Shown here piece by piece: positions 48,401 to 61,311 of a DNA stretch of 64,000 nucleotides (position 1 is the stretch's first letter; the number at the start of each line of letters is the position of its first letter). A program made the translations under genes and the position numbers. A model generated the notes under the pieces. That model worked only from the letters and a program-made list of their open reading frames with translations. It ran no database searches and was not told the DNA's origin. The stretch lies in NCBI RefSeq assembly GCF_009914755.1, contig NC_060925.1; one strand, written 5' to 3'. Source of the stretch: the human T2T-CHM13v2.0 reference genome, Homo sapiens.

Positions 48401-51400
48401 AGTAACTTCCTTGTGTTGTGTGTATTCAACTGACAGAGTTGAAGGATCCTTTACAGACAGCAGGCTTGAAACACTCTTTTTGTCGAATTTGCAAGTGGAG
48501 ATTTCAGCCGCTTTGAGGTCAATGGTAGAATAGGAAATATCTTCTTATAGAAACTAGACAAAATGATTCTCATGAACTCCTTTGTGATGTGTGCGTTCAA
48601 CTCACAGAGTTTAACCTTTCTTTTCATAGAGCAGTTAGGAAACACTCTGTTTGTAAAGTCTGCAAGTGGATATTCAGACCTCCTTGAGGCCTTCGTTGGA
48701 AACGGGATTTCTTCATATTCTGCTAGACAGAAGAATTCTCAGTAACTTCCTTGTGTTGTGTTTATTCAACTCACAGAGTTGAATGATCCTTTACACAGAG
48801 CAAACTTGAAACACTCTTTTTGTGGAATTTGCAAGTGGAGATTTCAGCCGCTTTGAGGTCAATGGTAGAAAAGTAAATATCTTCGTATAAAGACTAGACA
48901 GAATGATTCTCAGAAACTCCTTTGTGATGTGTGCGTTCAACTCACAGAGTTTAACCTTTCTGTTCATAGAGCAGTTAGGAAACACTCTGTTTGTAAAGTC
49001 TGCAAGTGGATATTCAGACCTCCTTGAGGCCTTCGTTGGAAACGGGATTTCTTCATATTCTGCTAGACAGAAGAATTCTCAGTAACTTCCTTGTGTTGTG
49101 TGTATTCAACTCACAGAGTTGAACGATCCTTTACACAGAGCAGACTTGAAACACTCTTTTTGTGGAATTTGCAAGTGGAGATTTCAGCCGCTTTGAGGTC
49201 AATGGTAGAAAAGGAAATATCTTCCTATAAAGACTAGACAGAATGATTCTCATAAACTCCTTTGTGATGTGTGCGTTCAACTCACAGAGTTTAACCTTTC
49301 TTTTCATAGAGCAGTTAGGAAACACTCTGTTTGTAAAGTCTGCAAGTGGATATTCAGACCTCTTTGAGGCCTTCGTTGGAAACGGGATTTCTTCCTATTC
49401 TGCTAGACAGAAGAATTCTCAGTAACTTCCTTGTGTTGTGTGTATTCAACTCACAGAGTTGAACGATCCTTTACACAGAGCAGACTTGAAACACTCTTTT
49501 TGTGGAATTTGCAAGTGGAGATTTCAGCCGCTTTGAGGTCAATAGTAGAAAAGGAAATATCTTCGTAGAAAAACTAGACAGAATGATTCTCAGAAACTCC
49601 TTTGTGATGTGTGTGTTCAACTCACAGAGTTTAACCTTTCTTTTCATAGAGCAGTTAGTAAACACTCTGTTTATAAAGTCTGCAAGTGGATATTCAGACC
49701 CCTTTGAGGCCTTCGTTGGAAACGGGATTTGTTCATATTATGCTAGACAGAAGAATTCTCAGTAACTTCCTTGTGTTGTGTGTATTCAACTGACAGAGTT
49801 GAACTTTCATTTAGAGAGAGCAGATTTGAAACACTGTTTTTGTGGAATTTGCAAGTGGAGATTTCAAGCGCTTTGGGGCCAAAGGCAGAAAAGGAAATAT
49901 CTTCGTATAAAAACTAGACAGAATCATTCTCAGAAACTGCTGCGTGATGTGTGCGTTCAACTCTCAGAGTTTAACTTTTCTTTTCATTCAGCGGTTTGGA
50001 AACACTATGTTTGTAAAGTCTGCACGTGGATATTTTGACCACTTAGAGGCCTTCGTTGGAAACGGGTTTTTTTCATGTAAGGCTAGACAGAAGAATTCCC
50101 AGTAACTTCCTTGTGTTGTGTGCATTCAACTCACAGAGTTGAACGTTCCCTTAGACAGAGCAGATTTGAAACACTCTATTTGTGCAATTTGCAAGTGTAG
50201 ATTTCAAGCGCTTTAAGGTCAACGGCAGAAAAGGAAATATCTTCGTTTCAAAACTAGACAGAATCATTCCCACAAACTGCGTTGTGATGTGTTCGTTCAA
50301 CTCACAGAGTTTAACCTTTCTGTTCATAGAGCAGTTAGGAAACACTCTGTTTGTAAAGTCTGTAAGTGGATATTCGGACATCTTGTGGCCTTCGTTGGAA
50401 ACGGGATTTCTTCATATTCTGCTAGACAGAAGAATTCTCAGTAACTTCCTTGTGTTGTGTGTATTCAACTCACAGAGTTGAACGATCCTTTACACAGAGC
50501 AGACTTGAAACACTCTTTTTGTGGAATTTGCAAGTGGAGATTTCAGCCGCTTTGAGGTCAATGGTAGAAAAGGAAACTATCTTCATATAAAGACTAGACA
50601 GAATGATTCTCAGAAAATCTTTTGTGATGTGTGCGTTCAACTCACAGAGTTTAACTTTTCTTCTCATAGAGCAGTTAGGAAACACTCTGTTTGTAAAGTC
50701 TGCAAGTGGATATTCAGACCTCTTTGAGGCCTTCGTTGGAAACGGGATTTCTTCATATTATGCTAGACAGAATAATTCTCAGTAACTTCCTTGTGTTGTG
50801 TGTATTCAACTCACAGAGTTGAAGGATCCTTTACAGAGAGCAGGCTTGAAACACTCTTTTTGTCGAATTTGCAAGTGGAGATTTCAGCCGCTTTGAGGTC
50901 AATGGTAGAATAGGAAATATCTTCTTATAGAAACTAGACAGAATGATTCTCATGAACTCCTTTGTGATGTGTGCGTTCAACTCACAGAGTTTAACCTTTC
51001 TTTTCATAGAGCAGTTAGGAAACACTCTGTTTGTAAAGTCTGCAAGTGGATATTCAGACCTCCTTGAGGCCTTCGTTGGAAACGGGATTTCTTCATATTC
51101 TGCTAGACAGAAGAATTCTCAGTAACTTCCTTGTGTTGTGTTTATTCAACTCACAGAGTTGAATGATCCTTTACACAGAGCAGACTTGAAACACTCTTTT
51201 TGTGGAATTTGCAAGTGGAGATTTCAGCCGCTTTGAGGTCAATGGTAGAAAAGTAAATATCTTCGTATAAAGACTAGACAGAATGATTCTCAGAAACTCC
51301 TTTGTGATGTGTGCGTTCAACTCACAGAGTTTAACCTTTCTGTTCATAGAGCAGTTAGGAAACACTCTGTTTGTAAAGTCTGCAAGTGGATATTCAGACC

Positions 51401-52604
51401 TCCTTGAGGCCTTCGTTGGAAACGGGATTTCTTCATCTTCTGCTAGACAGAAGAATTCTCAGTAACTTCCTTGTGTTGTGTGTATTCAACTCACAGAGTT
51501 GAACGATACTTTACACAGAGCAGACTTGAAACACTCTTTTTGTGGAATTTGCAAGTGGAGATTTCAGCCGCTTTGAGGTCAATGGTAGAAAAGGAAACTA
51601 TCTTCATATAAAGACTAGACTGAATGATTCTCAGAAAATCTTTTGTGATGTGTGCGTTCAGCTCACAGAGTTTAACTTTTCTTCTCATAGAGCAGTTAGG
51701 AAACACTCTGTTTGTAAAGTCTGCAAGTGGATATTCAGACCTCTTTGAGGCCTTCGTTGGAAACGGGATTTCTTCATATTATGCTAGACAGAATAATTCT
51801 CAGTAACTTCCTTGTGTTGTGTGTATTCAACTGACAGAGTTGAAGGATCCTTTACAGACAGCAGGCTTGAAACACTCTTTTTGTCGAATTTGCAAGTGGA
51901 GATTTCAGCCGCTTTGAGGTCAATGGTAGAATAGGAAATATCTTCTTATAGAAACTAGACAAAATGATTCTCATGAACTCCTTTGTGATGTGTGCGTTCA
52001 ACTCACAGAGTTTAACCTTTCTTTTCATAGAGCAGTTAGGAAACACTCTGTTTGTAAAGTCTGCAAGTGGATATTCAGACCTCCTTGAGGCCTTCGTTGG
52101 AAACGGGATTTCTTCATATTCTGCTAGACAGAAGAATTCTCAGTAACTTCCTTGTGTTGTGTTTATTCAACTCACAGAGTTGAATGATCCTTTACACAGA
52201 GCAAACTTGAAACACTCTTTTTGTGGAATTTGCAAGTGGAGATTTCAGCCGCTTTGAGGTCAATGGTAGAAAAGTAAATATCTTCGTATAAAGACTAGAC
52301 AGAATGATTCTCAGAAACTCCTTTGTGATGTGTGCGTTCAACTCACAGAGTTTAACCTTTCTGTTCATAGAGCAGTTAGGAAACACTCTGTTTGTAAAGT
52401 CTGCAAGTGGATATTCAGACCTCCTTGAGGCCTTCGTTGGAAACGGGATTTCTTCATATTCTGCTAGACAGAAGAATTCTCAGTAACTTCCTTGTGTTGT
52501 GTGTATTCAACTCACAGAGTTGAACGATCCTTTACACAGAGCAGACTTGAAACACTCTTTTTGTGGAATTTGCAAGTGGAGATTTCAGCCGCTTTGAGGT
52601 CAAT
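45480..52604 (+). repeat. Tandem duplication, unit 3401 bp (20 monomers), giving 20-mer and 18-mer HOR variants
   Basis: ORF pairs offset by 3401 (46377/49778 through 48791/52192). Shared markers: acactatgtt, ttcatcttct, gactgaat, ttcagctc, cagacagcagg, gcaaacttg. F starts at 46692, 50093, 53154. Confidence 0.88.
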
Positions 52605-55192
52605 AGTAGAAAAGGAAATATCTTCGTAGAAAAACTAGACAGAATGATTCTCAGAAACTCCTTTGTGATGTGTGTGTTTAACTCACAGAGTTTAACCTTT
52701 CTTTTCATAGAGCAGTTAGTAAACACTCTGTTTATAAATTCTGCATGTGGATATTCAGACCCCTTTGAGGCCTTCGTTGGAAACGGGATTTCTTCATATT
52801 ATGCTAGACAGAAGAATTCTCAGTAACTTCCTTGTGTTGTGTGTATTCAACTGACAGAGTTGAACTTTCATTTGGAGAGAGCAGATTTGAAACACTGTTT
52901 TTGTGGAATTTGCAAGTGGAGATTTCAAGCGCTTTGGGGCCAAAGGCAGAAAAGGTAATATCTTCGTATAAAAACTAGACAGAATCATTCTCAGAAACTG
53001 CTGCGTGATGTGTGCGTTCAACTCTCAGAGTTTAACTTTTCTTTTCATTCAGCGGTTTGGAAACACTCTGTTTGTAAAGTCTGCACGTGGATATTTTGAA
53101 CACTTAGAGGCCTTCGTTGGAAACGGGTTTTTTTCATGTAAGGCTAGACAGAAGAATTCCCAGTAACTTCCTTGTGTTGTGTGCATTCAACTCACAGAGT
53201 TGAACGTTCCCTTAGACAGAGCAGATTTGAAACACTCTATTTGTGCAATTTGCAAGTGTAGATTTCAAGCGCTTTAAGGTCAACGGCAGAAAAGGAAATA
53301 TCTTCGTTTCAAAACTAGACAGAATCATTCCCACAAACTGCGTTGTGATGTGTTCGTTCAACTCACAGAGTTTAACCTTTCTGTTCATAGAGCAGTTAGG
53401 AAACACTCTGTTTGTAAAGTCTGTAAGTGGATATTCTGACATCTTGTGGCCTTCGTTGGAAACGGGATTTCTTCATATTCTGCTAGACAGAAGAATTCTC
53501 AGTAACTTCCTTGTGTTGTGTGTATTCAACTCACAGAGTTGAAGGATCCTTTACAGAGAGCAGGCTTGAAACACTCTTTTTGTCGAATTTGCAAGTGGAG
53601 ATTTCAGCCGCTTTGAGGTCAATGGTAGAATAGGAAATATCTTCTTATAGAAACTAGACAAAATGATTCTCATGAACTCCTTTGTGATGTGTGCGTTCAA
53701 CTCACAGAGTTTAACCTTTCTTTTCATAGAGCAGTTAGGAAACACTCTGTTTGTAAAGTCTGCAAGTGGATATTCAGACCTCCTTGAGGCCTTCGTTGGA
53801 AACGGGATTTCTTCATATTCTGCTAGACAGAAGAATTCTCAGTAACTTCCTTGTGTTGTGTTTATTCAACTCACAGAGTTGAATGATCCTTTACACAGAG
53901 CAGACTTGAAACACTCTTTTTGTGGAATTTGCAAGTGGAGATTTCAGCCGCTTTGAGGTCAATGGTAGAAAAGTAAATATCTTCGTATAAAGACTAGACA
54001 GAATGATTCTCAGAAACTCCTTTGTGATGTGTGCGTTCAACTCACAGAGTTTAACCTTTCTGTTCATAGAGCAGTTAGGAAACACTCTGTTTGTAAAGTC
54101 TGCAAGTGGATATTCAGACCTCCTTGAGGCCTTCGTTGGAAACGGGATTTCTTCATATTCTGCTAGACAGAAGAATTCTCAGTAACTTCCTTGTGTTGTG
54201 TGTATTCAACTCACAGAGTTGAACGATACTTTACACAGAGCAGACTTGAAACACTCTTTTTGTGGAATTTGCAAGTGGAGATTTCAGCCGCTTTGAGGTC
54301 AATGGTAGAAAAGGAAATATCTTCGTATAAAGACTAGACAGAATGATTCTCAGAAACTCCTTTGTGATGTGTGCGTTCAACTCACAGAGTTTAACTTTTC
54401 TTTTCAAAGAGCAGTTAGGAAACACTCTGTTTGTAAAGTCTGCAAGTGGATATTCAGACCTCCTTGAGGCCTTCGTTGGAAACGGGATTTCTTCATATTC
54501 TGCTAGACAGAAGAATTCTCAGTAACTTCCTTGTGTTGTGTGTATTCAACTCACAGAGTTGAACGATCCTTTACACAGAGCAGACTTGAAACACTCTTTT
54601 TGTGGAATTTGCAAGAGGAGATTTCAGCCGCTTTGAGGTCAATAGTAGAAAAGGAAACATCTTCGTAGAAAAACTAGACAGAATGATTCTCAGAAACTCC
54701 TTTGTGATGTGTGTGTTCAACTCACAGAGTTTAACCTTTCTTTTCATAGAGCAGTTAGTAAACACTCTGTTTATAAAGTCTGCAAGTGGATATTCAGACC
54801 CCTTTGAGGCCTTCGTTGGAAACGGGATTTCTTCATATTATGCTAGACAGAAGAATTCTCAGTAACTTCCTTGTGTTGTGTGTATTCAACTGACAGAGTT
54901 GAACTTTCATTTGGAGAGAGCAGATTTGAAACACTGTTTTTGTGGAATTTGCAAGTGGAGATTTCAAGCGCTTTGGGGCCAAAGGCAGAAAAGGAAATAT
55001 CTTCGTATAAAAACTAGACAGAATCATTCTCAGAAACTGCTGCGTGATGTGTGCGTTCAACTCTCAGAGTTTAACCTTTCTTTTCATTCAGCGGTTTGGA
55101 AACACTCTGTTTGTAAAGTCTGCACGTGGATATTTTGACCACTTAGAGGCCTTCGTTGGAAACGGGTTTTTTTCATGTAAGGCTAGACAGAA

Positions 55193-58100
55193 GAATTCCC
55201 AGTAACTTCCTTGTGTTGTGTGCATTCAACTCACAGAGTTGAACGTTCCCTTAGACAGAGCAGATTTGAAACACTCTATTTGTGCAATTTGCAAGTGTAG
55301 TTTTCAAGCTCTTTAAGGTCAACGGCAGAAAAGGAAATATCTTCGTTTCAAAACTAGACAGAATCATTCCCACAAACTGCGTTGTGATGTGTTCGTTCAA
55401 CTCACAGAGTTTAACCTTTCTGTTCATAGAGCAGTTAGGAAACACTCTGTTTGTAAAGTCTGTAAGTGGATATTCTGACATCTTGTGGCCTTCGTTGGAA
55501 ACGGGATTTCTTCATATTCTGCTAGACAGAAGAATTCTCAGTAACTTCCTTGTGTTGTGTGTATTCAACTCACAGAGTTGAACGATCCTTTACACAGAGC
55601 AGACTTGAAACACTCTTTTTGTGGAATTTGCAAGTGGAGATTTCAGCCGCTTTGAGGTCAATGGTAGAAAAGGAAACTATCTTCATATAAAGACTAGACA
55701 GAATGATTCTCAGAAAATCTTTTGTGATGTGTGCGTTCAACTCACAGAGTTTAACTTTTCTTCTCATAGAGCAGTTAGGAAACACTCTGTTTGTAAAGTC
55801 TGCAAGTGGATATTCAGACCTCTTTGAGGCCTTCGTTGGAAACGGGATTTCTTCATATTCTGCTAGACAGAAGAATTCTCAGTAACTTCCTTGTGTTGTG
55901 TGTATTCAACTCACAGAGTTGAAGGATCCTTTACAGAGAGCAGGCTTGAAACACTCTTTTTGTCGAATTTGCAAGTGGAGATTTCAGCCGCTTTGAGGTC
56001 AATGGTAGAATAGGAAATATCTTCTTATAGAAACTAGACAGAATGATTCTCATAAACTCCTTTGTGATGTGTGCGTTCAACTCACAGAGTTTAACCTTTC
56101 TTTTCATAGAGCAGTTAGGAAACACTCTGTTTGTAAAGTCTGCAAGTGGATATTCAGACCTCCTTGAGGCCTTCGTTGGAAACGGGATTTCTTCATATTC
56201 TGCTAGACAGAAGAATTCTCAGTAACTTCCTTGTGTTGTGTTTATTCAACTCACAGAGTTGAACGATCCTTTACACAGAGCAGACTTGAAACACTCTTTT
56301 TGTGGAATTTGCAAGTGGAGATTTCAGCCGCTTTGAGGTCAATGGTAGAAAAGTAAATATCTTCGTATAAAGACTAGACAGAATGATTCTCAGAAACTCC
56401 TTTGTGATGTGTGCGTTCAACTCACAGAGTTTAACCTTTCTGTTCATAGAGCAGTTAGGAAACACTCTGTTTGTAAAGTCTGCAAGTGGATATTCAGACC
56501 TCCTTGAGGCCTTCGTTGGAAACGGGATTTCTTCATATTCTGCTAGACAGAAGAATTCTCAGTAACTTCCTTGTGTTGTGTGTATTCAACTCACAGAGTT
56601 GAACGATCCTTTACACAGAGCAGACTTGAAACACTCTTTTTGTGGAATTTGCAAGAGGAGATTTCAGCCGCTTTGAGGTCAATAGTAGAAAAGGAAACAT
56701 CTTCGTAGAAAAACTAGACAGAATGATTCTCAGAAACTCCTTTGTGATGTGTGTGTTCAACTCACAGAGTTTAACCTTTCTTTTCATAGAGCAGTTAGTA
56801 AACACTCTGTTTATAAAGTCTGCAAGTGGATATTCAGACCCCTTTGAGGCCTTCGTTGGAAACGGGATTTCTTCATATTATGCTAGACAGAAGAATTCTC
56901 AGTAACTTCCTTGTGTTGTGTGTATTCAACTGACAGAGTTGAACTTTCATTTGGAGAGAGCAGATTTGAAACACTGTTTTTGTGGAATTTGCAAGTGGAG
57001 ATTTCAAGCGCTTTGGGGCCAAAGGCAGAAAAGGAAATATCTTCGTATAAAAACTAGACAGAATCATTCTCAGAAACTGCTGCGTGATGTGTGCGTTCAA
57101 CTCTCAGAGTTTAACCTTTCTTTTCATTCAGCGGTTTGGAAACACTCTGTTTGTAAAGTCTGCACGTGGATATTTTGACCACTTAGAGGCCTTCGTTGGA
57201 AACGGGTTTTTTTCATGTAAGGCTAGACAGAAGAATTCCCAGTAACTTCCTTGTGTTGTCTGCATTCAACTCACAGAGTTGAACGTTCCCTTAGACAGAG
57301 CAGATTTGAAACACTCTATTTGTGCAATTTGCAAGTGTAGTTTTCAAGCTCTTTAAGGTCAACGGCAGAAAAGGAAATATCTTCGTTTCAAAACTAGACA
57401 GAATCATTCCCACAAACTGCGTTGTGATGTGTTCGTTCAACTCACAGAGTTTAACCTTTCTGTTCATAGAGCAGTTAGGAAACACTCTGTTTGTAAAGTC
57501 TGTAAGTGGATATTCTGACATCTTGTGGCCTTCGTTGGAAACGGGATTTCTTCATATTCTGCTAGACAGAAGAATTCTCAGTAACTTCCTTGTGTTGTGT
57601 GTATTCAACTCACAGAGTTGAACGATCCTTTACACAGAGCAGACTTGAAACACTCTTTTTGTGGAATTTGCAAGTGGAGATTTCAGCCGCTTTGAGGTCA
57701 ATGGTAGAAAAGGAAACTATCTTCATATAAAGACTAGACAGAATGATTCTCAGAAAATCTTTTGTGATGTGTGCGTTCAACTCACAGAGTTTAACTTTTC
57801 TTCTCATAGAGCAGTTAGGAAACACTCTGTTTGTAAAGTCTGCAAGTGGATATTCAGACCTCTTTGAGGCCTTCGTTGGAAACGGGATTTCTTCATATTC
57901 TGCTAGACAGAAGAATTCTCAGTAACTTCCTTGTGTTGTGTGTATTCAACTCACAGAGTTGAAGGATCCTTTACAGAGAGCAGGCTTGAAACACTCTTTT
58001 TGTCGAATTTGCAAGTGGAGATTTCAGCCGCTTTGAGGTCAATGGTAGAATAGGAAATATCTTCTTATAGAAACTAGACAGAATGATTCTCATAAACTCC

Positions 58101-61100
58101 TTTGTGATGTGTGTGTTCAACTCACAGAGTTTAACCTTTCTTTTCATAGAGCAGTTAGGAAACACTCTGTTTGTAAAGTCTGCAAGTGGATATTCAGACC
58201 TCCTTGAGGCCTTCGTTGGAAACGGGATTTCTTCATATTCTGCTAGACAGAAGAATTCTCAGTAACTTCCTTGTGTTGTGTTTATTCAACTCACAGAGTT
58301 GAATGATCCTTTACACAGAGCAGACTTGAAACACTCTTTTTGTGGAATTTGCAAGTGGAGATTTCAGCCGCTTTGAGGTCAATGGTAGAAAAGTAAATAT
58401 CTTCGTATAAAGACTAGACAGAATGATTCTCAGAAACTCCTTTGTGATGTGTGCGTTCAACTCACAGAGTTTAACCTTTCTGTTCATAGAGCAGTTAGGA
58501 AACACTCTGTTTGTAAAGTCTGCAAGTGGATATTCAGACCTCCTTGAGGCCTTCGTTGGAAACGGGATTTCTTCATATTCTGCTAGACAGAAGAATTCTC
58601 AGTAACTTCCTTGTGTTGTGTGTATTCAACTCACAGAGTTGAACGATCCTTTACACAGAGCAGACTTGAAACACTCTTTTTGTGGAATTTGCAAGAGGAG
58701 ATTTCAGCCGCTTTGAGGTCAATAGTAGAAAAGGAAACATCTTCGTAGAAAAACTAGACAGAATGATTCTCAGAAACTCCTTTGTGATGTGTGTGTTCAA
58801 CTCACAGAGTTTAACCTTTCTTTTCATAGAGCAGTTAGTAAACACTCTGTTTATAAAGTCTGCAAGTGGATATTCAGACCCCTTTGAGGCCTTCGTTGGA
58901 AACGGGATTTCTTCATATTATGCTAGACAGAAGAATTCTCAGTAACTTCCTTGTGTTGTGTGTATTCAACTGACAGAGTTGAACTTTCATTTGGAGAGAG
59001 CAGATTTGAAACACTGTTTTTGTGGAATTTGCAAGTGGAGATTTCAAGCGCTTTGGGGCCAAAGGCAGAAAAGGAAATATCTTCGTATAAAAACTAGACA
59101 GAATCATTCTCAGAAACTGCTGCGTGATGTGTGCGTTCAACTCTCAGAGTTTAACTTTTCTTTTCATTCAGCGGTTTGGAAACACTCTGTTTGTAAAGTC
59201 TGCACGTGGATATTTTGACCACTTAGAGGCCTTCGTTGGAAACGGGTTTTTTTCATGTAAGGCTAGACAGAAGAATTCCCAGTAACTTCCTTGTGTTGTG
59301 TGCATTCAACTCACAGAGTTGAACGTTCCCTTAGACAGAGGAGATTTGAAACACTCTATTTGTTCAATTTGCAAGTGTAGTTTTGAAGCTCTTTAAGGTC
59401 AACGGCAGAAAAGGAAATATCTTCGTTTCAAAACTAGACAGAATCATTCCCACAAACTGCGTTGTGATGTGTTCGTTCAACTCACAGAGTTTAACCTTTC
59501 TGTTCATAGAGCAGTTAGGAAACACTCTGTTTGTAAAGTCTGTAAGTGGATATTCTGACATCTTGTGGCCTTCGTTGGAAACGGGATTTCTTCATATTCT
59601 GCTAGACAGAAGAATTCTCAGTAACTTACTTGTGTTGTGTGTATTCAACTCACAGAGTTGAACGATCCTTTACACAGAGCAGACTTGAAACACTCTTTTT
59701 GTGGAATTTGCAAGTGGAGATTTCAGCCGCTTTGAGGTCAATGGTAGAAAAGGAAACTATCTTCATATAAAGACTAGACAGAATGATTCTCAGAAAATCT
59801 TTTGTGATGTGTGCGTTCAACTCACAGAGTTTAACTTTTCTTCTCATAGAGCAGTTAGGAAACACTCTGTTTGTAAAGTCTGCAAGTGGATATTCAGACC
59901 TCTTTGAGGCCTTCGTTGGAAACGGGATTTCTTCATATTCTGCTAGACAGAAGAATTCTCAGTAACTTCCTTGTGTTGTGTGTATTCAACTCACAGAGTT
60001 GAAGGATCCTTTACAGAGAGCAGGCTTGAAACACTCTTTTTGTCGAATTTGCAAGTGGAGATTTCAGCCGCTTTGAGGTCAATGGTAGAATAGGAAATAT
60101 CTTCTTATAGAAACTAGACAGAATGATTCTCATAAACTCCTTTGGATGTGTGCGTTCAACTCACAGAGTTTAACCTTTCTTTTCATAGAGCAGTTAGGAA
60201 ACACTCTGTTTGAAAAGTCTGCAAGTGGATATTCAGACCTCCTTGAGGCCTTCGTTGGAAACGGGATTTCTTCATATTCTGCTAGACAGAAGAATTCTCA
60301 GTAACTTCCTTGTGTTGTGTTTATTCAACTCACAGAGTTGAATGATCCTTTACACAGAGCAGACTTGAAACACTCTTTTTGTGGAATTTGCAAGTGGAGA
60401 TTTCAGCCGCTTTGAGGTCAATGGTAGAAAAGTAAATATCTTCGTATAAAGACTAGACAGAATGATTCTCAGAAACTCCTTTGTGATGTGTGCGTTCAAC
60501 TCACAGAGTTTAACCTTTCTGTTCATAGAGCAGTTAGGAAACACTCTGTTTGTAAAGTCTGCAAGTGGATATTCAGACCTCCTTGAGGCCTTCGTTGGAA
60601 ACGGGATTTCTTCATATTCTGCTAGACAGAAGAATTCTCAGTAACTTCCTTGTGTTGTGTGTATTCAACTCACAGAGTTGAACGATCCTTTACACAGAGC
60701 AGACTTGAAACACTCTTTTTGTGGAATTTGCCAGAGGAGATTTCAGCCGCTTTGAGGTCAATAGTAGAAAAGGAAATATCTTCGTAGAAAAACTAGACAG
60801 AATGATTCTCAGAAACTCCTTTGTGATGTGTGTGTTCAACTCACAGAGTTTAACCTTTCTTTTCATAGAGCAGTTAGTAAACACTCTGTTTATAAAGTCT
60901 GCAAGTGGATATTCAGACCCCTTTGAGGCCTTCGTTGGAAACGGGATTTCTTCATATTATGCTAGACAGAAGAATTCTCAGTAACTTCCTTGTGTTGTGT
61001 GTATTCAACTGACAGAGTTGAACTTTCATTTAGAGAGAGCAGATTTGAAACACTGTTTTTGTGGAATTTGCAAGTGGAGATTTCAAGTGCTTTGAGGCCA

Positions 61101-61311
61101 AAGGCAGAAAAGGAAATATCTTCGTATAAAAACTAGACAGAATCATTCTCAGAAACTGCTGCGTGATGTGTGCGTTCAACTCTCAGAGTTTAACTTTTCT
61201 TTTCATTCAGCGGTTTGGAAACACTCTGTTTGTAAAGTCTGCACGTGGATATTTTGACCACTTAGAGGCCTTCGTTGGAAACGGGTTTTTTTCATGTAAG
61301 GCTAGACAGAA
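55193..61311 (+). repeat. Three canonical 12-mer units (2040, 2040, 2039 bp)
   Basis: F starts at 55193, 57233, 59273, 61312. Confidence 0.9.
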
